Assembly: GCA_964653595.1 (NCBI GenBank)
Contig: CAZZHH010000003.1
Span: 37,957-101,956 of the forward strand
Length of the DNA stretch: 64,000 nt
Direction of reading: 5' to 3'
DNA from: an uncultured Lentimicrobiaceae bacterium
GTDB taxonomy: Bacteria; Bacteroidota; Bacteroidia; Bacteroidales; WCHB1-69
Of this stretch, positions 53,344-60,493 are shown piece by piece. The translations under genes and the position numbers were made by a program. Below the pieces are notes generated by a model that searched no databases, was not told the origin of the DNA, and saw only the letters and a list, made by a program, of their open reading frames with translations. Every line of letters starts with the position of its first letter. The first letter of the stretch is position 1.

Positions 53344-53706
53344 TTATTTTTGTTCACAAGCGTGTTTTTCTGGGAAATATTTTCTTACGCAATCTTGAGT
53401 GAATTTGTATTTTGTTTTTCCGACAATGGCAACGGTGTTTATTTGCGGATGTACTGTTTGTATAGCCTTGGAGGCGGCTTGAATGGCGTTAGAACAAAAC
53501 ACAAATAACATAGCAATGCTCACGCCATAAGAATTAGAAGCATACCTGTGACGGGTAACCAAATAATAAATGTGGTTTTCAAGGAATTTCTCGGCTTCGC
53601 CTTGCGTCATACGTGAAAATGTTTCATGCATGTTTTCATAAATTTCTGTTTCTAATGCAATCTGTGCGGACTCTTGTTCCACAACTTCTTCAAAGAATGT
53701 ATTCAT
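53344..53706 (-). CDS. Fam-J paralog (unknown function)
   Basis: Trimmed to ATG 53704-53706; shares long identical blocks with 47234..47602. Confidence 0.75.
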   Translation of the reverse strand: MNTFFEEVVEQESAQIALETEIYENMHETFSRMTQGEAEKFLENHIYYLVTRHRYASNSYGVSIAMLFVFCSNAIQAASKAIQTVHPQINTVAIVGKTKYKFTQDCVRKYFPEKHACEQK

Positions 53707-53816
53707 GATTTTTCCTTTCATGTTTATTATGCACTACAATTGAAACAGTGCTTTATTCAGAAATTCTTAATTTTTATCATTTACGAATAAATTCCAGAAA
53801 AACGGTTTAAAAAATT

Positions 53817-53834
53817 CTGTACCCCACGTAAAAT
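53817..53834 (-). repeat. 17-mer copy, opposite orientation
   Basis: + strand CTGTACCCCACGTAAAAT then TAAGTGAATAAAAA. Confidence 0.7.
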
Positions 53835-53851
53835 TAAGTGAATAAAAATTA

Positions 53852-53871
53852 CCCAGTCATTTCTGACTGGG
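53852..53871 (-). terminator. terminator after 53881..54204
   Basis: CCCAGTCA-GAAA-TGACTGGG then TAATTTTTATT. Confidence 0.7.
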
Positions 53872-53880
53872 CGTTTTTAT

Positions 53881-54204
53881 TTATGCCGCTTGCGTCATTC
53901 TTGCATACGTAACTTTGAATTCTTCCAAACGGTCATTCATATCTTTATCGACAACACATTCAGTATACACCTCAATGAACCTATTCCATGCCACACGTTG
54001 GGAAAGTGCGGGGTCAATTTGCGGATATTGAACACGCAGGCAAAGGTACTCATATTCAAAACGCCGCATACATTTTTCAAAAACCAACTTCGCCAACCAC
54101 GAATTCATATATTGGCGGCGCATTTTCTTCATTTGCCGTACGGCAATATCAAACATACGATTCGAAAGGTTGAATTGAGCATACATTAAATTGTTTTCGC
54201 ACAT
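53881..54204 (-). CDS. hypothetical basic protein (~107 aa)
   Basis: Trimmed to ATG 54202-54204 behind GAGGT; the start choice is uncertain (ATG 54217-54219 also possible). Confidence 0.6.
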   Translation of the reverse strand: MCENNLMYAQFNLSNRMFDIAVRQMKKMRRQYMNSWLAKLVFEKCMRRFEYEYLCLRVQYPQIDPALSQRVAWNRFIEVYTECVVDKDMNDRLEEFKVTYARMTQAA

Positions 54205-54326
54205 GGTACATGACCTCATAAGGTAAAATGTGAACTGAATCGGTTTTCTGTTCGTTCGCAATTATAATACAAACGAGATGAAAGTTTATTCATAAAAGAT
54301 GAATTTTTTTTGCAGGTAGTCATTTT

Positions 54327-54344
54327 TTCTTGTCCACTGTACCC
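54327..54344 (-). repeat. 17-mer copy, opposite orientation
   Basis: + strand CTGTACCCCACGTAAAAT then TAAGTGAATAAAAA. Confidence 0.7.
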
Positions 54345-54370
54345 CACGTAAAATTAAGTGAATAAAAAAA

Positions 54371-54394
54371 ACTGGAGTCATTTCTGACTCCAGT
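54371..54394 (-). terminator. terminator after 54402..55073
   Basis: ACTGGAGTCA-GAAA-TGACTCCAGT then T8. Confidence 0.8.
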
Positions 54395-54401
54395 CCGTTG
54401 T

Positions 54402-55073
54402 TTAGTTACTTTTTACTTTCACCTCGTTTCTTGTAACTATTTGCATTTCGTCTTTGTATGTTCTACTAACTCTTGTGATGTGGTCAAAAATGCCGCCCTC
54501 GTAAAAGCCGCCGAATATACTATCGAGCTTAAACTTAGTTTTGATGTTACATAATATGATAGTGTCAAAACCTGTGTTATAAAACGCACGCACGCCTATG
54601 GATTTAACACAGTAAAGCGTTTTACATTTTTCTCCACCAAACCTGTGGTGTCCGAAATGGTCTAAGCTACAACAATCATAAAAGGCAAAATCACTTATTG
54701 TTTCAACTAAAGGGCAATCAATTGATGTAACACAACCACAACCCGCGAATGCGCCTGTGCCAATTACTCTTACTCTATCATACCCAACAACTTTACACAG
54801 ACTTGCACAACCCGCAAATGCGTAATTACCAATGGTTTCAATATTGCTTAAACGAACCGTGCGCACGTCGGAACCTGCAAATGCGCCATCTGCAATGTGT
54901 TTCACAGCGTATTTTTTGCCCTCATACTCGAATTCACAGGGAATTTCAATCTCGGCGGTGTTGTAATAATCGGACTTAATAACAGGCATTGAAAGAACTG
55001 TTGCTTCCATGCGATATGGATTCAGTTGAAACGATCCAGCAAATTCTGTTTTGACTGTGATATAGATAGACAT
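54402..55073 (-). CDS. BspA-type leucine-rich-repeat protein
   Basis: Trimmed to ATG 55071-55073 (AGGGG SD); HIADGAFAGSDVRTVRLSNIETIGNYAFAGCASL. Confidence 0.75.
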   Translation of the reverse strand: MSIYITVKTEFAGSFQLNPYRMEATVLSMPVIKSDYYNTAEIEIPCEFEYEGKKYAVKHIADGAFAGSDVRTVRLSNIETIGNYAFAGCASLCKVVGYDRVRVIGTGAFAGCGCVTSIDCPLVETISDFAFYDCCSLDHFGHHRFGGEKCKTLYCVKSIGVRAFYNTGFDTIILCNIKTKFKLDSIFGGFYEGGIFDHITRVSRTYKDEMQIVTRNEVKVKSN

Positions 55074-55198
55074 GGTATTACCCCTATAAGAATTTTTTAA
55101 CTTCACTACATAACTACAATCGAACAGGTACTTTATTCATAAAAGATGAATTTTTTTGCTTTATATGCGAATTGTTAATTCAAGAAAACCAGTTGTAT

Positions 55199-55215
55199 TT
55201 TTACGTGGGGTACAG
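55199..55215 (+). repeat. 17-mer copy
   Basis: TTTTACGTGGGGTACAG. Confidence 0.7.
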
Positions 55216-55237
55216 GGCAAAAAAATCGCCAAAAAAA

Positions 55238-55261
55238 ACTGGAGTCATTTCTGACTCCAGT
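55238..55261 (-). terminator. terminator after 55269..55574
   Basis: ACTGGAGTCA-GAAA-TGACTCCAGT then T8. Confidence 0.8.
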
Positions 55262-55268
55262 CTGTTTC

Positions 55269-55574
55269 TTAGTAGTTTGATTTGATTTTCCATTTGTTGC
55301 CTTCAGGAATTGTTACGTTTGAAGGCATGGCGATAGTATAAAACGTTCCATCGTCGCTTCTTGTGACTTCAGCATTATGATCGGTCAATCTATCATAAGC
55401 GACAAAAATAAAACAATTGTCGTTCATATCGTCCATCTCACTATCGTCAAAATTGTCCGATTGAAAAATGGAATTGCACAATGATTTTATTTCTTCACTT
55501 GCACAGCGCCAACCTTGCGAATCGCAACATGTTGCAATTCTTTTTCCGTCTTTAAAGTGAAACACTTCATTCAT
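55269..55574 (-). CDS. hypothetical protein (101 aa)
   Basis: GAGGT SD; own promoter and terminator. Confidence 0.7.
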   Translation of the reverse strand: MNEVFHFKDGKRIATCCDSQGWRCASEEIKSLCNSIFQSDNFDDSEMDDMNDNCFIFVAYDRLTDHNAEVTRSDDGTFYTIAMPSNVTIPEGNKWKIKSNY

Positions 55575-55687
55575 AATACAAACCTCATAGAGTTTATTTT
55601 GTTTCTTGTTTCGTAATCATAATACAATTAAGACGAAAGCTTATTCATAAATTTTTTAATATTTTTTATTCCAGAAAACCCGTTGCA

Positions 55688-55704
55688 TTTTACGTGGGGT
55701 ACAG
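55688..55704 (+). repeat. 17-mer copy
   Basis: TTTTACGTGGGGTACAG; starts a 46-nt block identical to 56358-56403. Confidence 0.7.
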
Positions 55705-55733
55705 GATATTCTATTTTGCGCAATATGCGAAAA

Positions 55734-55751
55734 GGGGAATTTGCATTCCCC
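55734..55751 (-). terminator. terminator after 55762..56259
   Basis: GGGGAAT-GCAA-ATTCCCC then TTTTCGCAT. Confidence 0.7.
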
Positions 55752-55761
55752 CGTTTGTTTA

Positions 55762-56259
55762 TTATCTCATAGAGTCCACAAGTTTCATTACGGCGGTATC
55801 GTACGACAATAAAGTTCTGTGTTCTTGAGGATCGAATAGGATTTTACAACCGTTAACAAATGTTTCAAGTTGCGAACAATCTTCTTCATTCCATCCGAAA
55901 TAATTGTCATTTTCCAAATCGTTCTTCTGTTCTTGCGTCATATGCGAAAATACTTCATCCGTCACTTCAATTAAGCGAACATGCATTCCAGCAAACGAAA
56001 CGGCTTCAGCAATTTCACTCGGTTCAAACTCATATTCGTCATTTACGGAAGAATGATAGGGTAAATGTTCAATCCCGCTACCACTTGCATAGTGGGGATT
56101 TTCTACCGTTAAATTATCAGACACTTCAGAATATTCTTCAGCTACCCAATTTAAAACGGAGTCAATAGTAATTTTTTCATAGCTTCCATCTTGCCACATC
56201 TTATTATAGGCAAGCAACATTCCGCCCGTGGAATCTTTCAAGTGAATCATTAAAGCCAT
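55762..56259 (-). CDS. Fam-M paralog (acidic, unknown function)
   Basis: Trimmed to ATG 56257-56259; MALMIHLKDSTGGMLLAYNK. Confidence 0.75.
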   Translation of the reverse strand: MALMIHLKDSTGGMLLAYNKMWQDGSYEKITIDSVLNWVAEEYSEVSDNLTVENPHYASGSGIEHLPYHSSVNDEYEFEPSEIAEAVSFAGMHVRLIEVTDEVFSHMTQEQKNDLENDNYFGWNEEDCSQLETFVNGCKILFDPQEHRTLLSYDTAVMKLVDSMR

Positions 56260-56357
56260 TTTTCTAATCCCTTTCATCTTTTGAAGTTACTTATATCTAC
56301 AATCAAGTGGAAACTTTATTCACAAATTGTTATTTTTATTCTATGAGTTTTATGGTA

Positions 56358-56374
56358 TTTTACGTGGGGTACAG
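56358..56374 (+). repeat. 17-mer copy
   Basis: TTTTACGTGGGGTACAG. Confidence 0.7.
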
Positions 56375-56402
56375 GATATTCTATTTTGCGCAATATGCGA
56401 AA

Positions 56403-56426
56403 AGGGGATTCATTTCTGAATCCCCT
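56403..56426 (-). terminator. terminator after 56431..57135
   Basis: AGGGGATTCA-GAAA-TGAATCCCCT then TTTCGCAT. Confidence 0.75.
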
Positions 56427-56430
56427 ATTT

Positions 56431-57135
56431 TTAAATCCAAGCTGGTTGTGTTTTTGTATCTGGCAAACTGAATAACCAATCAATAACATCTTGAGGAACC
56501 TGTGCAAACTTTTTCTCTACCCCGAATATATGCCCACAAACTGGACAAGGTTTTCTGCATAATCCATCTGGGTGGTCATCTTCACGAAGATACAAAAGTT
56601 TGCTTTTTTTCATAAATGGAATATCCTTTTTATAGAATTCACTAATAGATTCATCAAGTTCTTCCTTATCGCTTTCACGGATTAACCGCAATAACGGTAT
56701 AATATGCGCTTTTTCTGTAAGTTGGAAATAAGTATGATTCTTATCTATTTTATTAATTTTCTTTATAGCGTCAAAAATTTCAGACGCTTCTCTTGTAATA
56801 ACAAATTGATACACATCTACTTCTTTCCAACACTGCTCAGGCCAACCCAACTCTTTTTGGTGTTCGCAATATGTACGCCTGTGATTTAAATTCCATTCAT
56901 TCCAAATTTGAATTAATCTTTCAACTTTCTCTTGATTAAATCCATCATTAAAACATTTAACGTTATTAAGTAATGCATTTTGAATTTGGTCACGATGACC
57001 TGTACAGCGCCCAAAAATTCTCGGCCCCTCAACTCCAGTAATTGTTAATGCGCCTTGTTCGTCCAATTCAATTTTAACATAAACTTGCATTTCTGTATTA
57101 CTGCACTTTTCCAATGGATTGATAATTTTAATCAT
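56431..57135 (-). CDS. hypothetical protein (234 aa) with C-terminal CxxC
   Basis: Trimmed to ATG 57133-57135; CRKPCPVCGH near the C-terminus; no family recognised. Confidence 0.75.
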   Translation of the reverse strand: MIKIINPLEKCSNTEMQVYVKIELDEQGALTITGVEGPRIFGRCTGHRDQIQNALLNNVKCFNDGFNQEKVERLIQIWNEWNLNHRRTYCEHQKELGWPEQCWKEVDVYQFVITREASEIFDAIKKINKIDKNHTYFQLTEKAHIIPLLRLIRESDKEELDESISEFYKKDIPFMKKSKLLYLREDDHPDGLCRKPCPVCGHIFGVEKKFAQVPQDVIDWLFSLPDTKTQPAWI

Positions 57136-57221
57136 TACTGTACTCTCTTTCATTTTTAAGGTTACTTATTATTACAACCGAACAGAAATTTTATTCACAA
57201 ATTACTATTATATGCGAATAA

Positions 57222-57247
57222 GGGGGAATTCATTTCTGAATCCCCCC
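57222..57247 (-). terminator. terminator after 57256..57477
   Basis: GGGGGATTCA-GAAA-TGAATTCCCCC (one bulge). Confidence 0.7.
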
Positions 57248-57255
57248 ATTATGAA

Positions 57256-57477
57256 TTACTTGTGATTGATTTCATCAAGAATACGTGTCACTACATCCAA
57301 AGCATCACGCAATTGGCTTTTAGTCATTGATTTAGATAAATCCACAACACCGCCGCCATTAAGGTGCAGTTCAAGTTTATTTCCGTTTATGGTTTTCGTT
57401 ACTTCAAATTTGCCATGCGGCAATTCAGGCAAACGCCTCAAGCAAATTTCAATTTCTTTGTTTGTTGCTCTGTTCAT
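57256..57477 (-). CDS. Fam-L paralog (73 aa, unknown function)
   Basis: Aligns with 49491..49709; own promoter and terminator. Confidence 0.7.
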   Translation of the reverse strand: MNRATNKEIEICLRRLPELPHGKFEVTKTINGNKLELHLNGGGVVDLSKSMTKSQLRDALDVVTRILDEINHK

Positions 57478-57562
57478 GATAGGATTCCTTTCATCCTTTG
57501 AAGTTACTTATATCTACAATCGAGTAGAAACTTTATTCACAAATTGTTATTTTTTTATGGTA

Positions 57563-57579
57563 TTTTACGTGGGGTACAA
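57563..57579 (+). repeat. 17-mer copy
   Basis: TTTTACGTGGGGTACAA. Confidence 0.65.
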
Positions 57580-57655
57580 AATGCATTACAAAAAAAGGGG
57601 GATTCATTTCTGTTCATAATCCCTACCACTGTATAATGTCGGGAGTTTCCCGTGT

Positions 57656-57690
57656 TGTAATACAACTAAAGGGGGTATTTTTATCCACAA
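57656..57690 (-). promoter_or_regulatory. orphan promoter module (variant GTGGATAAA)
   Basis: Followed by a CGGG-loop-CCCG leader hairpin, an ATG with only 20 codons, and a degenerate terminator. Confidence 0.45.
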
Positions 57691-57722
57691 ATTGTTATTT
57701 TTATTTGGGAATTGTTCCGCCC

Positions 57723-57757
57723 CTCCCCATGTAAAATATTTCAACCCCACGCAAAAT
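57723..57757 (-). repeat. double half-site version, opposite orientation
   Basis: + strand CTCCCCATGTAAAATATTTCAACCCCACGCAAAAT; inverted relative to 58809-58842. Confidence 0.55.
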
Positions 57758-57780
57758 GAGGGATTTTTCAGAACAAAAAA

Positions 57781-57810
57781 ACAGGCGGGGAATTTTCATT
57801 CCCCGCCTGT
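57781..57810 (-). terminator. terminator after 57815..58615
   Basis: 13-bp stem ACAGGCGGGGAAT/ATTCCCCGCCTGT, GAAA loop, T7 tail. Confidence 0.8.
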
Positions 57811-57814
57811 GGTA

Positions 57815-58615
57815 TTAGCAACATTCCTCCAACATGTATAAAACATCTTTAGCGCCGAGAAGCCGTTTTTTCTTTTTATACACCTTAACTGTGATTGTCC
57901 CCTCGTTGTTGTCTTGAATTTTTACCCTCGTCACCAACTCACCACTGAATGCCTGACTGTGAATTTCTGGTTTTTCGCCATTATACTTAAATGTCAAATC
58001 GTCAAATCTTGTGTTACAAAATGCCGATTTCCCAATATGCTTCACGTTGAAAAACACGTGTTCCCAATCAAACAAAACAGAAGTATTCTCATAGACCTTG
58101 TTCAAACGTTCGCAATTATAAAAAGCATAATCCCCAATATCGACAACGCCATGAATGCAACATTGAGAAATATTACTTGACTCAAACGCAAATTTTCCAA
58201 TTCGTGTAACATGCGAGAAACAACTGTAAAAGCTAATCAGTTCTCTCGTGTATGCAAAAGCATGATCGCCAACATATTTCAAATTCGATCCGAATAACAC
58301 TCTTTTGAACATTGTGCCTGAAAATGCATAATCAGCTATAGCAGTAACTTTGATTTTTTCGCCGTCATACAGAACATCATTAGCTAATGATAATTCACCC
58401 TCAAAATTCCGAGCTTCAGGCATAACTCGATTGACTATCATCCCAAGGCACTTGGTTTCTTGATGGTCAAAATAATACTTTGCATATTCAATGCCATTAC
58501 AAATAACCGTTTTTTGGTCTACCTGATAGCACAAACCAAATAAAGAGTTTGAAATTCCGCAATTTCCAATATTACTATAAACAAACTCATTTGTATTCTT
58601 TGTTTCCGTAGTCAT
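57815..58615 (-). CDS. BspA-type leucine-rich-repeat protein
   Basis: AGGAG SD; AIADYAFSGTMFKRVLFGSNLKYVGDHAFAYTRELISF; unusually long structured leader. Confidence 0.8.
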   Translation of the reverse strand: MTTETKNTNEFVYSNIGNCGISNSLFGLCYQVDQKTVICNGIEYAKYYFDHQETKCLGMIVNRVMPEARNFEGELSLANDVLYDGEKIKVTAIADYAFSGTMFKRVLFGSNLKYVGDHAFAYTRELISFYSCFSHVTRIGKFAFESSNISQCCIHGVVDIGDYAFYNCERLNKVYENTSVLFDWEHVFFNVKHIGKSAFCNTRFDDLTFKYNGEKPEIHSQAFSGELVTRVKIQDNNEGTITVKVYKKKKRLLGAKDVLYMLEECC

Positions 58616-58808
58616 GATATGACTCTCCTATATATTATATGGTTTTTACACACAAGGAACGCCGCCCGTGGCGTTCCGATTCATTGAGATGTCAAAGAGC
58701 GGTGTTCCTTGTTGCGTAATATATCTACAGTTGAGTAGGCACTTTATTCATGAAAGATGAATTTTTTGTTATATGCAGTCTTTTTTTTATTCTATGAGTT
58801 TTGTGGAA

Positions 58809-58842
58809 TTTTGCGTGGGGGAGAGATATTTTACATGGGGAG
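58809..58842 (+). repeat. double half-site version
   Basis: TTTTGCGTGGGGGAGAGATATTTTACATGGGGAG. Confidence 0.55.
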
Positions 58843-58874
58843 GAAAATGTGGGATTCTTCAGAACAAAAAAAAT

Positions 58875-58900
58875 AGGGGGATTCATTTCTGAATCCCCCT
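58875..58900 (-). terminator. terminator after 58908..59774
   Basis: AGGGGGATTCA-GAAA-TGAATCCCCCT then T8. Confidence 0.8.
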
Positions 58901-58907
58901 ATGTTCA

Positions 58908-59774
58908 TTATGCTGGAATGGCTTCCTGTTCGGTTTTTCCCTCCAGTGCGTTCACAAGATACGTGACATTCTTTTCAACACGTTTAATTAGCCTACTAAC
59001 GGCAATAAGTGCCTGTTTAGGGGATTTATCGTTCCAACTGGTTAAATAGCTTAAAACGCCGTTTAAATCGCAATGGGATTCATAACCCAAGTAGGACATT
59101 AAAACCGCCGCCCCGAATTCTGCAACCGTCTCACACATTTGACGGCATTCCATATTATTATGATAATCCTCATTCTGTTTTTTGTAGTTGACGTAATCGG
59201 CGGCATGAATCAGTTCATGAGCGAAAACGGATTCATCTTTTGACTTCAAAGTGATTTTATTGCTCAATGCGTAATACCCGCCCAATGCACTTCCTGAATC
59301 TTCGGCAATCACTTTAATGTCAAGTTGTTTTGCAATTTCATACAAGGGGGCTTTATTCCCGCCCTCATAAAATGTTTCAATCATTTTTTCGGATTCAAGG
59401 GGTTCTCCGTCTGTTTGGGAAACGTCGAAACGGGGCGACAATGTAAAGCCTATGCATTTATTTTTATCGTCTTCGTTTTCATCTTTTTCTTTGATAATAA
59501 GGGGCTTGAAAATGAAGACGGCTTTTTCGCCGCCCTTGACAAACCGTTTAACTTTTTTCCATTCATTGTAAGTTCTTGCGTCCGTGGCGCCTTGTGCCAT
59601 TAAAAGCAGTTGATTAAAAACGCTTAACTTCGTTTGAGACAATCTTTTGACATTGAAAACTTCATGACGGACGTTAGAAACGAGGGTACCGTTTTCGCAC
59701 ATTGTTTTCATCATGTTAAAAAGTTTTGCGGCGCAATCTTGCATTCTGAATTCTTTTTCTTCCATTGTAGCCAT
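58908..59774 (-). CDS. ArdC-like anti-restriction protein (second copy)
   Basis: Trimmed to ATG 59772-59774 (AGGAG SD); NQLLLMAQGATDARTYNEWKKVKRFVKGGEKAVFIFKPL, VFAHELIHAADY, ETVAEFGAAVLMSYLG. Confidence 0.8.
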   Translation of the reverse strand: MATMEEKEFRMQDCAAKLFNMMKTMCENGTLVSNVRHEVFNVKRLSQTKLSVFNQLLLMAQGATDARTYNEWKKVKRFVKGGEKAVFIFKPLIIKEKDENEDDKNKCIGFTLSPRFDVSQTDGEPLESEKMIETFYEGGNKAPLYEIAKQLDIKVIAEDSGSALGGYYALSNKITLKSKDESVFAHELIHAADYVNYKKQNEDYHNNMECRQMCETVAEFGAAVLMSYLGYESHCDLNGVLSYLTSWNDKSPKQALIAVSRLIKRVEKNVTYLVNALEGKTEQEAIPA

Positions 59775-59911
59775 AGTCAAGCTCCTAAATGTATATTATC
59801 GGGTTTTTCCCGTGTTCGCAATTATATTACAACTGAAGGAGTATTTTTATTCACAAAAAATGAATCTTTTTTTTGTTATAGGTAATTTTTTTATAAATGA
59901 GTTTTGTGGAA

Positions 59912-59945
59912 TTTTACGTGGGGGAGAGATATTTTACATGGGGAG
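59912..59945 (+). repeat. double half-site version
   Basis: TTTTACGTGGGGGAGAGATATTTTACATGGGGAG. Confidence 0.55.
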
Positions 59946-59951
59946 GAATAA

Positions 59952-59971
59952 GGGGATTCATTCGAATCCCC
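59952..59971 (-). terminator. terminator after 59980..60249
   Basis: GGGGATTC-GAAT-GAATCCCC. Confidence 0.7.
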
Positions 59972-59979
59972 CAAATGAA

Positions 59980-60249
59980 TTAAATCTCCTTTGCAAGAAA
60001 TATGAATATGTCGTCGGGTCTTGAATCCGAGTCGGCATGATCGATTTTCAACGAATCATAAAGCGGGAAAACGCCATATGTGCGGCAACATTCTCGGCGC
60101 AATGTAAAACATTCAGGTTTCCATTCACCACATGTAAAAACATCACGTGACGGAATATGTAACGCCATAACACTCTGTGGCGAATGTTCAATTATTTTGT
60201 GAGCTTGTACAGCTGTCACTAAACTGCAACCGTGTCTATTGAATTCCAT
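59980..60249 (-). CDS. Fam-I paralog (unknown function)
   Basis: AGGAG SD; TCGEWKPECFTL block shared with 62827..63117. Confidence 0.65.
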   Translation of the reverse strand: MEFNRHGCSLVTAVQAHKIIEHSPQSVMALHIPSRDVFTCGEWKPECFTLRRECCRTYGVFPLYDSLKIDHADSDSRPDDIFIFLAKEI

Positions 60250-60380
60250 GATTCCTACTCCTGTATAATATCGGGTTTTCCCGTGTTCGCTATTATATTA
60301 CAATTGGGGAGAATCTTTATTCATAAAAAATGAATCTTTTTTTATAAATGAATCTTTTTTAACAAATGAGTTTTGTGGAA

Positions 60381-60443
60381 TTTTACGTGGGGTACAGGGC
60401 AAAAAATTTGGTCTGTATAAAAAACCCTGTACCCCACGTAAAA
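60381..60443. repeat. perfect 19-bp inverted pair of the 17-mer
   Basis: TTTTACGTGGGGTACAGGG - 25 nt - CCCTGTACCCCACGTAAAA. Confidence 0.8.
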
Positions 60444-60447
60444 TAGG

Positions 60448-60488
60448 GAAATTTTCCCGCCCAGTTTTTCACTGGGCGGGAAAATTTC
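60448..60488 (-). terminator. terminator after 60494..60922
   Basis: Perfect 17-bp stem GAAATTTTCCCGCCCAG/CTGGGCGGGAAAATTTC, 7-nt loop. Confidence 0.75.
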
Positions 60489-60493
60489 ATTTG

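Noticed and set aside
56316-56507. Track ORFs 56316..56507 and 60342..60554, which share a PVPHVK(Y/F)HKTH peptide
   Set aside because: The shared peptide is simply the translation of the intergenic 17-mer (CTGTACCCCACGTAAAAT). Both ORFs run through promoter, 17-mer and terminator elements and lack an SD.
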